Positions 26,605 to 39,000 of a stretch of 64,000 nt of DNA are shown here, piece by piece; position 1 is the stretch's first letter; every line of letters begins with the position of its first letter. The notes beneath the pieces were generated by a model that worked only from the letters and a program-made list of their open reading frames with translations, ran no database searches and had not been told where the DNA came from. The stretch covers positions 18,320-82,319 of the forward strand of contig CALFIU010000100.1 of the NCBI GenBank assembly GCA_937877455.1, given 5' to 3'. This DNA is from an uncultured Bacteroidales bacterium (GTDB lineage: Bacteria; Bacteroidota; Bacteroidia; Bacteroidales; UBA3824). The position numbers were made by a program, and so were the translations under genes.

Positions 26605-27435
26605 ATGGAGAAAGACATTCTCATTCAGAACTTGAAGACCAAGGTTGGAGAAGACAACGCGAAGGTCATTAGTGACAAGACATTTGACGGTATTGCCGAA
26701 AGTGTCTTACCAATGTTTGCCGACGACTCGAAGATTACCGACGAGACGTGGAAATTGCCCGTAGCCACACTGATTCAGTTTGCCGGACAGAAGCGTTTCG
26801 ACGAAAAGGCATTCACCGAGAAGTTCAAGGAAGACTACGCCAAGGAGTACGCCACCCAGCATGAGAAAGATGTTGAGGGTCGTATCAATGCGGCAGTAGC
26901 CAAGGCATTGGAAGACTACAAGAAGGAACACCCTGAGAATGGTGGTGGCAATGGTGGTAACGGTGGTACATCTACCTACGATCTTGACACGAAAGTACAG
27001 GACGCAGTGAAGAAGGCACTGGAAGGACTTACTGGCGCAGAAAGTGAGTTTGGCAAGATGACTGCTACCATGACCAGCTTTATGAAGTCACAGATTGAGC
27101 GGGAGAAAACCGCAACGCTCAACAGCGTAAAGTCCGAGCTCAAGAAGCACCTTATCGCACTGAAGGCCAACAACGAGGCATGTATTGACGATGCTTTGGA
27201 TGACATCGAATACGGTGAAAACCCGACATTCGAAGGTCTGAAACAATCGGCAGTGTCAGCCTACGAGAAACGTTACAAGCGTTACTACGCAGACGGCGGC
27301 AAGCCTTTCGGCGGCGACGGCACTGGAGGAAACAGTGGCGGCAGTGATTTCGTCAAGGAACGCATTGCGAGGTTGCAGCAAGAGGCAAAGGACAACGCCA
27401 ACTACGCCACCGAACAAGAGAAGACCTTTGTTTGA
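26605..27435 (+). CDS. probable head scaffolding protein
   Basis: First gene of the head operon, two genes upstream of the capsid gene. Charged and helical with Gly-rich linkers (GGGNGGNGG). Positional inference. Confidence 0.45.
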   Translation: MEKDILIQNLKTKVGEDNAKVISDKTFDGIAESVLPMFADDSKITDETWKLPVATLIQFAGQKRFDEKAFTEKFKEDYAKEYATQHEKDVEGRINAAVAKALEDYKKEHPENGGGNGGNGGTSTYDLDTKVQDAVKKALEGLTGAESEFGKMTATMTSFMKSQIEREKTATLNSVKSELKKHLIALKANNEACIDDALDDIEYGENPTFEGLKQSAVSAYEKRYKRYYADGGKPFGGDGTGGNSGGSDFVKERIARLQQEAKDNANYATEQEKTFV

Positions 27436-27505
27436 TTCTCGCGGGAAACCCGCGAGCACGAACAGGACTTGAAACAGAACACAAACAATTCAAACACAAA
27501 GTAAC

Positions 27506-28318
27506 ATGAGACAAGGAACTATCAACAACTACATTAAGTTCAGCAAGAGCTTTGGTGGTGTCCGCAAGTGCTACGAGGGCAAGCCGACGATTGCCGTCGG
27601 TGGTTTCATGTGCGAGCCCACTCTGATGCCCGTTGCTCCTAACGTCATGGCTGCTGGAACACTTGTCTATGCCGATGAGCAGGCTCGTACCATTGTTCCT
27701 ATCTACACTTTCAAGGTGAAGAGTGTTGACGCAAGCGAAAACAAGATCACCATTGAGAAGTTTGAGACTGGAACCATCGCCAAGGTGGGTATGAAGTTGC
27801 TCGTTGTCGGTTCTGACTTGGCCCAGGCTGTGAGCAATCTCAGCACCGTCATTGCCATTGACAGCAGCAATGCTGACTATGACGTTCTTACCGTAGATGC
27901 CGTTTCCACAGGCGGCTCGACCTCTTACACGGAGGTAACAGACACTACGGGCAAGAACCCGAAGACAGAGGGTTGGTATGAGGACAATGCAGGTGCAACC
28001 CTTACCACCGACGAGACCCCCGACAACCAGAAGACCTACTACAAGAAGGTCGTAACCTCTGGTACTGCTTTCGTTGCACAGGGTGACGTTCTTGCAGAAG
28101 CCGAGTCTGCTTCTGTGAAGAAAATCAAGGCCATCCCCAACGGTTTGACCTACTGTGACAACGTACTCGACCCCGATGCTTATGCCATCGACATCGACTA
28201 CATCTGGAACTGCATGGAGAAGCCCGTGTTGGAGCGTCGTATGCCCCCTCTCACAGCCAGTCTGAAGAAGGCTCTTCGTGACAACGAGTGCTATTTCCGT
28301 TTCTCAAACCGCAAGTAA
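27506..28318 (+). CDS. head-associated protein, possibly a decoration or auxiliary capsid protein
   Basis: ORF track, 270 aa, directly upstream of the capsid gene. Position only. Confidence 0.4.
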   Translation: MRQGTINNYIKFSKSFGGVRKCYEGKPTIAVGGFMCEPTLMPVAPNVMAAGTLVYADEQARTIVPIYTFKVKSVDASENKITIEKFETGTIAKVGMKLLVVGSDLAQAVSNLSTVIAIDSSNADYDVLTVDAVSTGGSTSYTEVTDTTGKNPKTEGWYEDNAGATLTTDETPDNQKTYYKKVVTSGTAFVAQGDVLAEAESASVKKIKAIPNGLTYCDNVLDPDAYAIDIDYIWNCMEKPVLERRMPPLTASLKKALRDNECYFRFSNRK

Positions 28319-28338
28319 ACTAAAAAGGAGATTAGATT

Positions 28339-29502
28339 ATGAGAGACATGAATCTTTATGGTATCAGCGGTCTGCATCAGTATGTGGACGCTGAGAACTT
28401 CGGTCTGATCCTCGACAACGTGAACGCCAAGTACAACCGTGCAATCTGGCGTCAGTTTGCTTCGTGGGGAGAGCCGACCGACGATCGTGAATGGAAGCAG
28501 GGTATCAAGAAGACCCCGATTCTGGTACGTGCCAGCGTGCTTGGTACGCATTCCGGCAAGCCGCAGCGCAGCACAATGGGCTGGGAGTTCTACGGTGGAA
28601 CACTGCCGCAGGTAGGTCACGGCTTCAACATCACCAAGGATGATATGATTGAGTTGCGTAAGGCTGCAAAGCTCCGCAACGTTACCTTTGGCGAGGCTCT
28701 GACAGACAGCTTCATCTACAACTCCGATGCCATGCTGGGTGGTGTTCACAACGAACTTTCCTACATGGTTATGCAAGCCATGTCAACAGGCGAAATCCAC
28801 GACGTAGCCGTTGACGGTGCTCGTTACGACTTCAAGTTCCAGATTCCCGACGAGAACTTCCTTGCACCCGAAAGCGGCAAGGAATGGTACATTTGGGACA
28901 CCACTGGTGCTACCCCTGTGCTGAAAGCCAATACCAATGCCGATGTCGTAGAGGACATCCTGACCTTCCAGAAGTATCTTACCGATACTCTCAACCTTGG
29001 TGTTGACCACTGGAAGTTGTCGAAGGATTTGCTGGATAAGATTGTCCTGCATCCCTCTGTTGTGACCGCATTCAAGGCAAGCAAGAACTACTACAACCCC
29101 TCACAGGTCAAGGTGGTTCGCACCGATGTTCTTGACTGGTTGCACAACGACATGAAGGTATGGCCGTTCCAGGAGATTGACTTCAAGTCGCGTCACGAGG
29201 AAGACGGCAAGCCCGTTGCCGATGCACCCGCATTCGACATTCACAACATGGTTGCCGCAAGCCGCGCATATCGCCCCTTCGAAATGAAGTGCATGAACAG
29301 CATTCTCATCGACCGTGTGAAGATGGGTGGTCTTGACCCCTCTACCCGCTACTCATTCGTTGAGGGTCGTATTGCCGTGCGCAACTCATGGCAGGAAGAC
29401 CCCATCCTGAATGTCATTGACTGCGAACTCTACGCTGGTCCCGTGTTCAACAACGTTCACGACTACGGTATTGCAACCGTATGGAAGGACTACGAGGGTT
29501 AA
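28339..29502 (+). CDS. major capsid protein
   Basis: 387 aa. The position between the scaffold-like gene and the head-tail connector-sized genes is typical. No motif was verified. Confidence 0.6.
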   Translation: MRDMNLYGISGLHQYVDAENFGLILDNVNAKYNRAIWRQFASWGEPTDDREWKQGIKKTPILVRASVLGTHSGKPQRSTMGWEFYGGTLPQVGHGFNITKDDMIELRKAAKLRNVTFGEALTDSFIYNSDAMLGGVHNELSYMVMQAMSTGEIHDVAVDGARYDFKFQIPDENFLAPESGKEWYIWDTTGATPVLKANTNADVVEDILTFQKYLTDTLNLGVDHWKLSKDLLDKIVLHPSVVTAFKASKNYYNPSQVKVVRTDVLDWLHNDMKVWPFQEIDFKSRHEEDGKPVADAPAFDIHNMVAASRAYRPFEMKCMNSILIDRVKMGGLDPSTRYSFVEGRIAVRNSWQEDPILNVIDCELYAGPVFNNVHDYGIATVWKDYEG

Positions 29503-29522
29503 ACTCTAACGTGACTTGACCC

Positions 29523-29936
29523 ATGGCCAACACCGAGAATCAGATCATCACCGCCGAGGAATACATCAAAAGTATTTCCCCGAATGCAGCCGTCAGTGAG
29601 AGTGCCGTCAAAGGTATTCTCATTGACGCTGGCATTGACGCTGGCACCCCTGCTACCGAATTGACGGAAAAGCAGAAAGACCTTGCACTTGCATACCTTT
29701 TGATTCGCATAGCGTTCAATCCCATCATGTCGCAGAAAGTGACAGACAAGGATGGCGATTGGGAGCATTCGGAGGGTAGTGAGCAATGGTCTCGCTCGCA
29801 GTTGATGCAATTTCTGATACTCGCCAGAGACCTCCTTGCAAAGTGGGGCATTACCGACGCTCGTATAGAGTCGCTTGCTCCCAAGTGGGGAATGAAAGGC
29901 TCTGGTTTCCATAAGATCCGCAGATACCCCAAGTAA
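29523..29936 (+). CDS. head-tail connector / head completion candidate
   Basis: ORF track. Position after the capsid gene. Confidence 0.4.
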   Translation: MANTENQIITAEEYIKSISPNAAVSESAVKGILIDAGIDAGTPATELTEKQKDLALAYLLIRIAFNPIMSQKVTDKDGDWEHSEGSEQWSRSQLMQFLILARDLLAKWGITDARIESLAPKWGMKGSGFHKIRRYPK

Positions 29937-29972
29937 CCGACGCTTGCAAACCGCGTCGCACACCAAACCGCT

Positions 29973-30416
29973 ATGACCAAAATTAACAATCCTCGTTTCC
30001 CTCATCGTTGCCGCATACTTCGCTATGCCGCAACCGAGCCGATGGAAGACCAAGCCAATGTGTCGGACTACGACCCGATGGCAGACGATCCTTTGGCAGA
30101 CGAGTTGGAAGACACCGATGGAGAAAGCCTCGACGGTGAAACCGCCGAGAACCCAACCCAAGGTGTTACCGTAATCTATGAGGGAGAATGTCGGAGTGAC
30201 AACCGTGACACTATATCGGACAATGGAGAAGTTATTGCTTCGTACATGACTCTCGCATTGCCTTTGAAACAGGATGAGTGGACGGAAGATAATATCCCGA
30301 TGGAGGGTGATAAGATTGAGTTACAGCGATTCGGTTACAAGGAATACGGATTGGTCATTGACAAACGCCCAAGCAATTTAGGAACCCACATACTCTGGAA
30401 ATATGTCCGCAACTAA
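29973..30416 (+). CDS. head-tail joining candidate
   Basis: ORF track. Position. Confidence 0.4.
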   Translation: MTKINNPRFPHRCRILRYAATEPMEDQANVSDYDPMADDPLADELEDTDGESLDGETAENPTQGVTVIYEGECRSDNRDTISDNGEVIASYMTLALPLKQDEWTEDNIPMEGDKIELQRFGYKEYGLVIDKRPSNLGTHILWKYVRN

Positions 30417-30951
30417 CGCCACCATAGTACACACAGCCTTTGCAGACTATCGAAAGAAGATACTTGATGAAGTCGAGATACGCTGTCGAAAGTTCTGTAC
30501 CGACTTATGTCAGGAGGCTATCAGAGCGCGAAAGGAAGCCGATGGAGCGCATAACTTCACAGGAAACCTAATCAACTCAATTGTTGTGTGTCTTTACAGA
30601 GAGAAGGAACCTATCAATGCGTACTATGCAGCACAGTATGTGCCGAAAGCCATTCAAGTGAAGATGCGTGCGAGAAAGCGCAAGAGTTACCGTTTCAATC
30701 CCGACTACGATGGTGACAAGAGCCATTACCTGCCAGAAGTGCAAACTAATGGTGGATGGGGAGAAGACGATGCACGAAACTTTTTCCAGCATTATGTGCC
30801 GCAAGGCAATAACTTGTTTGACATCGTTGTAGCCTATCCCGTCGAGTACGGCGAATGGGTTGAAATGAAAAGAAGTACGACTGGTATCTTGCAGACCTAC
30901 GCACATGCAGAGCAAGTTGGCGTGAGTTACTTAAAGTTGGTTAGGAAATAA
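30403..30951 (+). CDS. head-tail joining candidate
   Basis: ORF track. Overlaps the previous gene. Position. Confidence 0.4.
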   Translation: MSATNATIVHTAFADYRKKILDEVEIRCRKFCTDLCQEAIRARKEADGAHNFTGNLINSIVVCLYREKEPINAYYAAQYVPKAIQVKMRARKRKSYRFNPDYDGDKSHYLPEVQTNGGWGEDDARNFFQHYVPQGNNLFDIVVAYPVEYGEWVEMKRSTTGILQTYAHAEQVGVSYLKLVRK

Positions 30952-30986
30952 CGGCAATACAATTGCCGCTCAACAAACGAAGGAAT

Positions 30987-31400
30987 ATGGCAAAGAAATC
31001 ACTCATCTACCTTGTTTACAACGACCTTGTAAGTGCTGTGAGCGGTATCGGTAAGAAGACTTTTCTCGACCGTCCGAAGAATGGCACAGAGGAACTTGCA
31101 AACTTTGTTGTTGTTGACATACCTACGGAACTCCGTGGGCGTGTAAAGGGCGACTTCAACTTCACGGTAGATTGCTATGGTACTATTTCCGTATTCTGCA
31201 AGGCTAAGACTGACAGCACACCGAACATCACCATGCAAAGTGAGTTGACCCAGAAGGTCTTAGACGTATTCCCGATTAACAGCAAGCATATCACGGCAAG
31301 CAGTCCGTCTGTACTCATGCAGGGCGAAGACGGCTATGGTTATCACGTCACGCAGATTACTTTCAAATTGAGAACCAAACTCAACGCGAGAGAAGTTTAA
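30987..31400 (+). CDS. tail completion / terminator candidate
   Basis: Track ORF trimmed to MAKKSLIYL. Position just before the tail tube gene. Confidence 0.4.
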   Translation: MAKKSLIYLVYNDLVSAVSGIGKKTFLDRPKNGTEELANFVVVDIPTELRGRVKGDFNFTVDCYGTISVFCKAKTDSTPNITMQSELTQKVLDVFPINSKHITASSPSVLMQGEDGYGYHVTQITFKLRTKLNAREV

Positions 31401-31435
31401 TAAACACAACACAAACACTTTAACATATTACTATT

Positions 31436-32023
31436 ATGGCAGCAACTGTAACAAAGAAAATCTCGATGCAGGGCGATGTCTTTGAGGGCATCAGTTCTGT
31501 CTTTGCGCTGGCTAATGGACTTCCTGACGGTCTTGACGTTTCCGATTCCACTCTTCAGGAGTTTCCCGTTTCCGACGATTCGGGTTTCAACTTCGACACG
31601 GGTCAGCCGAGTATCGAACACTTCAAGGTGAAGGGTCTGAACACCGACTGGGTGAACACCTTTACGCCTGGTGACGGCGAAATCACTCTTGAGATTCCCT
31701 GTAACAACACGGGCATTCTTGAGCTGTGTGGTTTCAACGGCACAGCCGCAAGTGTCACTCTTCCGAGCGGTCTCGCCGCTGGTGGCACATCTGCAACGGG
31801 CAAGTCCTACCCTGTCACTCAGAAGGCAGTCTATCTTGGTCTGCTCATCCTGAACGACACCGAGGACAAACTTCTGTTCATCAAGAAGGGCAAGTTCATG
31901 GCTCAGATCATCTTCGACGGCTCGAACAAGCCTCTGTGCGTAGTCCTGACAGGTACTATTGCCGCTGGTGCAGCCACCGACGCATTTGGTATCTGTGAGA
32001 TTGCCGCCGCAGGCAATGGTTAA
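31436..32023 (+). CDS. major tail (tube) protein
   Basis: 195 aa. Followed by a strong hairpin, then the chaperone pair and the tape measure, which is the canonical siphovirus order. Confidence 0.55.
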   Translation: MAATVTKKISMQGDVFEGISSVFALANGLPDGLDVSDSTLQEFPVSDDSGFNFDTGQPSIEHFKVKGLNTDWVNTFTPGDGEITLEIPCNNTGILELCGFNGTAASVTLPSGLAAGGTSATGKSYPVTQKAVYLGLLILNDTEDKLLFIKKGKFMAQIIFDGSNKPLCVVLTGTIAAGAATDAFGICEIAAAGNG

Positions 32024-32056
32024 ATCCGTCTGAAACATTTGAGCGACCAAACTTTC

Positions 32057-32098
32057 AAGGGCAGTGGTAGTTGTTATGCTGCCACTGCCCTTTCTCAT
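32057..32098 (+). terminator. hairpin terminator/attenuator after the major tail gene
   Basis: Perfect 11-bp stem AAGGGCAGTGG / CCACTGCCCTT followed by TCTCATTC. Confidence 0.6.
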
Positions 32099-32152
32099 TC
32101 AACCTTGCAACAAAATTGCAAGGCACACTACAAACTTACAGAATAGAAGTTT

Positions 32153-32698
32153 ATGGAAGACAATAAAGAGCCAAAGATTGAACAGCCGACAATAGACGCA
32201 CAGCAAGTCTATTTGTCGCTTATCAGCAACGACGCTGAAGAAGTGCAGATACTCCGCACGAAAAAGAAATACAAGGTACGCTGGCTGAAAAACGGTCAGT
32301 TGGAACAACTTACCCGTCTTTTGCTTCACAAGAAAACTATTGACGAAGAGAAGACAACGGGCAGTGAAGTCCTTGACGAGATACTTGAAGACTCCAAACT
32401 TGCTTGCAAGGCAGCAGCCATCATACTTTTGGACGGTTTCTGGAAGATAAAACTTCGCTATTGGTTCTTGTGGCGATGGTTCTACTATGTCAAGCAGTAC
32501 GACAATATACAATTGGCTCCCATTCTCGAAGTTGGTAAAAAAAAAGTTCCGCAGATGCAGTTCTTCAAGACTATCATGTCACTGACCGAGGCAAGGGATT
32601 CGCTGATGAGGATGAGAGCGAAGGAAGTAGAAGTTACCCTTCACGAACTAAGTATGGCGCAGCCTTCTCCGACCGAAAGCAACGACAGTGGCTCGTAA
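32153..32698 (+). CDS. tail assembly chaperone (G-like)
   Basis: Position immediately upstream of the tape measure. Contains the A9 slippery run at 32537-32545. Confidence 0.6.
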   Translation: MEDNKEPKIEQPTIDAQQVYLSLISNDAEEVQILRTKKKYKVRWLKNGQLEQLTRLLLHKKTIDEEKTTGSEVLDEILEDSKLACKAAAIILLDGFWKIKLRYWFLWRWFYYVKQYDNIQLAPILEVGKKKVPQMQFFKTIMSLTEARDSLMRMRAKEVEVTLHELSMAQPSPTESNDSGS

Positions 32699-32997
32699 TG
32701 CCACGATACTTTTTCTTTGGTCTTGTCAGGGTGCAGATGTACGAATGGTATTGGGGTCATACTGCAGCACAGATAGAGTTGATAGACGTTGACCAGCCAT
32801 TGACAGTTTACGCAAAGCACGAAAGCAAGGGCGGGCTTAAACCAGGCGACAAAGGTTACAAGCCAGACAAGAAGAAACTTGAAGAGGCTGTGCGTAAATG
32901 GGAAAAGCGCAAGGCAGAGCGAGAAAAGCGCGGTTTCAGACTTGACAGGCTGCTGGCTACAGGCGAGAAAGTTCCCGCAGATGGGGAGCCGCAATAA
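32698..32997 (+). CDS. tail assembly chaperone T-like segment, in the -1 frame relative to 32153-32698
   Basis: Its reading frame is open from 32539 onward, directly after a TAA at 32536-32538. It also has its own ATG overlapping the upstream stop. Confidence 0.5.
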   Translation: MPRYFFFGLVRVQMYEWYWGHTAAQIELIDVDQPLTVYAKHESKGGLKPGDKGYKPDKKKLEEAVRKWEKRKAEREKRGFRLDRLLATGEKVPADGEPQ

Positions 32998-33049
32998 AAT
33001 TACGGCATAAAGAACGAAACAGACAACACAACACAAACACTAAATAGTT

Positions 33050-36000
33050 ATGGCATTAGATCCGTTGAAATTCCAAGTTGCCATCCAAGACGATGCAACT
33101 GGTCAATTAAGCAAGATAGAGCAAGAGTTTGAAAAGCTCAAAGACAAGACCATCAATGTCAAGGTCGAGGGTCTTCAAGACTTGCAAAATCTTTTGTCGG
33201 CGTTACAGCACAAGCAGGTTGAAACTCTTGGAAAAGATGTTGCTGCTGGCATCCATGACGCGGCAAAAGGTTTGCAGGAAGAAGCACAGAAAGCCGTCCG
33301 TGCGTCGCTTGGTCAGTTGGCACAAGACCTTGTTGCAGTCAAGACAGCCATTCAGCACGACAACTTTACCGCCTTCAGTACGCGCATTGAAAAGTGTGCG
33401 CAAGCCGTGAACACACTCGATGCCGCCTTCAAGCAGTTCCATGTCACCATTGGCAGTGATGCTGGCATGAGAAACTTTATGACTGGCTTGGGTGAGGTGA
33501 TACGGAATGTGCGGACAACAATGGGTCAGTTGAACGGCTTTGGTCAGGAGAAATCTACTCCAGAAAGTATCTATGTGCGCAACGTTCAGAAAATGCAAGA
33601 CGCCCTTTACCGCATACAGGAAGCCCGGGCAAAAGTCGGTGTAGCCATCAAGAACGGTGAGGATGTCGGTTTCAACACCAACGGCATGAAGATTTACCTG
33701 CAACTCTTGGACTCTTACGAGAAAAAGTTACAGGCTATCAAGAGCAATCCTTTGATGATGCACGAAAACGGTTGGCAGCGAGAGGCTTTCGGAACAACTT
33801 TCAAGCACCTACTTTCCAATGCCGGAGATTTCCAGAGACAAGTTGACGGCTTTGTTCAGAAACAGAACACTCTTGAAGCCAACCAGCGTCGTTTCAATGT
33901 TGCACTTGAAGAAAGCGAGAAACTTTTGAAGCGTCTTGATGGAGCCAGCACCAAAGGTTTCTCCCTTGGCGTAGATACGTCAAAGACAGAAAGGGCACTG
34001 AATGATATTCAGCAGTTCATTGACAAACTTCTGATGTTTGACAGCAAGAACCTTGGAAACAATCATGCCGTCAATGAGCTCATTGCAGAATACACCCGTC
34101 TCAAATCTTCTTTGTCTGGAGTAGCGCGTGAGCAGGAGAAACTTAATGCCACAACAGAGAAATCCAACCAGAAAGCCGTTGACAACGCCACCAAACAGGC
34201 AAAGAAAGACAACGAACAATGGGCTGAAAGTATGCGTCGTGCAGGTGTCGAAGCCACGAAACTTGAAATCCAGATACGGAAACTGCAAGATGCAGAGAAC
34301 AGAGGAAAACTTGCACATGTTGACACGACCAATCTTTCAGCGAGGATAGCCGAACTGCAAAGTTACGTCACCATTCTACGTTCTATCGAGAGCGGTTCCA
34401 AGTTGCATGGTCACACCAGCGACTTTATCAATAGCGTTCCTGTTCAAAACTCTATCCGCTTGGCTAATGAGGAAGCCAGTGCTGTAAGACAGGCTACAGC
34501 AGAGAAAGAAAAGGCAGCGAGGGCTTCGCAACAACTTTCAGCAGAGGAACAACGGCTTGCACAGGCATTGAACCAAACAACGGAAAGTGCCAAAGGTCAG
34601 TCGCAGGTGTTGAGCGACTTGAAGTCGATGGCTACGCAGTATCTTGGAGTATGGGGCGGTCAGCAGTTCCTCCACAATATCATTGAGATTGGTGGTCAGT
34701 TGGAAATGCAGAGACTTTCCATCGGTGCTATTCTTCAGAATACGGCACAGGCAAACGAACTCTTTGATAAAATCAAAGGTCTGGCTTTGCAATCGCCCTT
34801 TGGTGTTGTACAACTCGACCAAATGACCAAGCAACTCACGGCTTACGGTTTCAAGTATAACGAATTGTATGACATGACCAAACGACTTGCAGACATATCC
34901 GCTGCGACGGGTACTGATGTGAGCCGTCTTGCATTGGCATTGGGTCACGTCAGAAGTGAGGCGGCATTGTCCGGCTACACCTTGCGACAATTCTCCATGG
35001 CCAACGTCCCGCTGTTGCAGAAGTTGTCGGAGAAACTTGGTAAGACCACCAAGGAAATCCGCGAAATGGTCAAGAAGAAAGAAGTTGGCTATGATGATGT
35101 GATTGGTGTACTGAAGGACTTGACCAACGAGGGCGGCATGTTCTACAATATGCAGGAAGTAATATCAGAAAGTGTCAAGGCGAAGTTCAAGAACGTCAAA
35201 GACGCAATGAATATTATGTACGGCGAAATGGCGGAGGGCGCACCTGGCGAAGCATTGAAAGAAGTTGCAAACGTCTTGATGGAGCTGACGCAAAACTGGA
35301 AAGATGTTGCTACTGTCATGGGAACTGTAGCGGCTTTGTGGGGTGTCAACAGGGCTGCTACATTGATATATACAAAAGTATTGGGAACAGCCAATGCGAC
35401 TACTCTTTCTTCCATTGCCGCATTCAGGGCAAAGGAAGCGGAACAACTGCGTTCTGCATCCCTGTATCGAACCCTTACGTCGGCAGAGAAAAGTCAGATT
35501 GCCACTTCTAAACTATTGACTACGCAAGAGCGTATCAGGATGGCTTTGCATATTCCATTGACTGCCAACCAGCGGTTGCGTATTCAGCAGGCAAGGCAGC
35601 AGCATGTCATGGATTTGGCTCTTGCATTGTCAGAAAAGAAACTCACAGCAGAGGATATAGCGAGACAGGTTGCGCTTGGAAAAATCACAAACGCAGAAGC
35701 CGCACAGATTATTGCGCTTTCAGACTTGACCAATGCACAGAAGTTGGCTGCACTTGAAGCCGTCAATAACACAAGGGTATTAGGATTCTGGGGTAAGGCG
35801 GGTTATGCCGCTGCATTAGGTATCAGAGCACTTGGAACTGCATTGAAGTCACTTATCTTCAATCCTGCAATGCTTGCGATGGCTGGTATAACAGCCGTCA
35901 TGGAGTTGTGGCAGAGGAACAAACAAGAACTGGAACGTGCTGGCGAGATTGCTGACAGCATTCGTGAGCGTTCCAATTCCGCGATGCAAGCAACAAAGGC

Positions 36001-39000
36001 AGTCATGCAAAGTTCGCAGATGGAGTTTGAAGACGCTAATGGTAACAAAGTTTCTCCAAGTCAACTTGACTTCCAGAGTATAGCCAACATCAAAGCCTCT
36101 TTGAAAGTTGAATTTAACAAAGAAGACGCTCAACAACAAATAGACGAATGGCTGGACTATATTCGTCAGTATTCTGCAACTCCGAATGAAACAATCAACA
36201 ATGCACTCTTTGACGGCGACAAGATGCGAGAAATTGAAGACCAATGGAAACGAGTTGCAGCGGCTATGGGTGAAGTCGTATTAGCCAAATATGGCTTGCA
36301 TGATGTTGGCGATATGTTTGAGAATGCGACCAATGCCACTAATGGCGGTTGGTTCAATGATGATGTTGTAGAGAACATCAACGACTACGAAAAAGCCGTC
36401 AAGAACTACAATAAAGCCTTTGCTGATATGTATAGGGAGCATGGTCGTGGTGTTGATAAGATTGTCAAGGCTGTTGAGAAATCCGATTCTGCTTTTGCTA
36501 CCGCTGTTAGCGGGATGAATACTTACGGGGAAAAGTTCAAGTTTCTTATTGAGAATATGAAGGACTTTTCTGGAGCGTATAGCACGGCCCGGGCGGCTGT
36601 TCAATATGATGGAGATAATAAAATATACGATTTCCTTTACGATTCCCAATACGGGAACTTCAGCGAAAAAGCCGATAAGAATTGGGCTAAATCCAATATG
36701 GATGAAGACTTAGAAGTTTTCTTTACCCATATCGAAGCTGAACTGAACAACAAAGGTCAAAAGATTGGTCAGCTTACACAAGCGCAACAACAAGACCTAT
36801 TGCTTGGATTTACAGACTTCCTCAGCAAAACAAAGGTTACGACGAAAGAAACTCTTGACTACCTTAAACAGCGTTTTGCCGAAAGATTCCAACTTCAATT
36901 AGACGCAAAAGATGAAAAATTCCAAGTGAAAGTTAATGAAGTCTTACGTATTCTCAAAGAACTTTCAGAAAGTGATTGGAATGTTGACATTAACTTCGCG
37001 TCAAACGTGAACGATGTCATTGCGGAAGCGAGGAAACAGTACAAGGCTGCAAAAGAGTTTTTCGAGAACGCAGAGCCTGTACTTGTAAAGTTTGGCATTG
37101 ACATGAAGATGGGCGACGTCCTGACTGAAGAGCAAATACAGGATGCGCTTGCGAAAGCCCCAGAAAATGCAAGGGGTTTCTTGGAGCAAGTTCTACGGGG
37201 AGCAAACGAAGCATCAAGATTATTCAACCAAGCAACAACGGCAAGCAACAACGGCGGTTTCTCTCTTGAAGACAAGAAAAAGGGTAATGGCTCCAGCACA
37301 AAGTCTTACAAGGATGAGTTTGCGAAACGTTGGGATGAACGTATTCGCATTATGAAGGAAGCCTACTCATGGTATGACAAATGGGAAAAGAAAGTTGGCA
37401 ATGATGAAGCCATTGCCGAGACAAATGCGAAGTACGCAGACATCTTCAATGAGTGGCGCACCGACAAACTTTTGCCGATGGACTTTGACGTGAATGAAAT
37501 TGCCGACTACACCAAGTATGTAGAGAAGATTCGTGACGATGCCCTCAAACGCTATCAGGCACAGAAGAATGACAAGGGCAAGAACAACGGACAGGCGTCG
37601 TTGCGTGTATATCGTCAAGCCGTTGCGTTGCTGAATGACGTGAAGTTTGACGGATTCACCAGGGCCGCAGAAGAGTTCAAGAGTATCATTGACCAGACGA
37701 TTACCGACCTCAACGAGCGTTGGGAAATGTTCAATACGGTACGCAGTGCCACTGGCAATGTGGCATTGGCATCGAGGGTTGCAGGTTTCGGAACGTCCGA
37801 AGAAGGCGCGAGAACATCTGCCGACGCTATGCGCAATGAGTTGTTAAGCCAGTTGCGCAGTGCTGGTGGTGAAGACCTTATAGGTCGGATACCACTTGAC
37901 ATACATCTTGACGAAGAGGGCTTGCGGTCGAAGTTGGAGTCTGCAATTCCCCAAACCGACAATGCTGAAAAGTATAAGGAGAAGATAGACGGACTGATTA
38001 AGGCTTATCAGGAATGGCAGAAGTTACAACGGAAAGTTGTTAAGGATGATATATCTGTTTTTGCTAATCTGATTGGTGCTGTTGTCTCATACGACGCAAA
38101 GATAGAAAAGATGAAAGACGAACTTCAGCAGAAGAAAGATAGCACCAATGCCCTTTTGTCTGCTGGCACTATCACGCAAGAAGACGCAGACAGAGCAAAT
38201 CAGATAGCACAGGCTCAGTTTGATTGGGAAAGTATGAAGATGAGCGCAGACTATGCCAACATCTACAACCATGCCGTAGCCATGTCGAGGGAAGAGTTTA
38301 ACAAAGCCGCAGATGCCATAGAGAATATGCTGGAAGAGTTGCGTCGCCTTGAACTCATATCTCCAGACGATTTCGTTTCAGAGAAAGGAAAGTTGGATAA
38401 GGCTCGCAATGAGTGGAGCACGACGGGATTCCTTGGTGAGCGTGGTGCAGTCGGTCAGTTTATCAGTGGTGGCTACGACGGACTGATGAACTACTATGCA
38501 CAGCGCAGGGATGCAGCATTACAGAAAGAGAAAAATGCAAAGCCAGGCAGTGACGAACAAAAGAAGTATCAAGAAGAAGCCGACCACTACGGCAAACTTT
38601 TCCAGAAGATGTCGAAACTTTCGGATTCGGCAAAGAACTTGATAACTGCATTCAACACATTGCAGAGCGGGCTTGACCTCGTTTCCAATATGTTCGATTC
38701 CTTGGGAATGGAGGGAGCCGCTAACGCCGCTGGTGATGCCGCTGGCGTTCTTGGCGGTGCTATGCAAGGAGCATCTGCTTTGAGCGCACTCGGTCCGTGG
38801 GGTATGGCTGCTGGTGCTGGACTTGGACTAATCAGCGGTCTGGCGCAAGTCCTTGACAAGGCACTTGAACGTCAGATTGAGAAACTGCGTGAAGACGTGC
38901 AGAAGATTGAGGCAAACACAAAACTCATCCAACAAGCCAGAGAGAGAACTTTGGGCTTTGACCAGGGCGACTTGCGCAGGAGTTACGCACAGGACTATGC

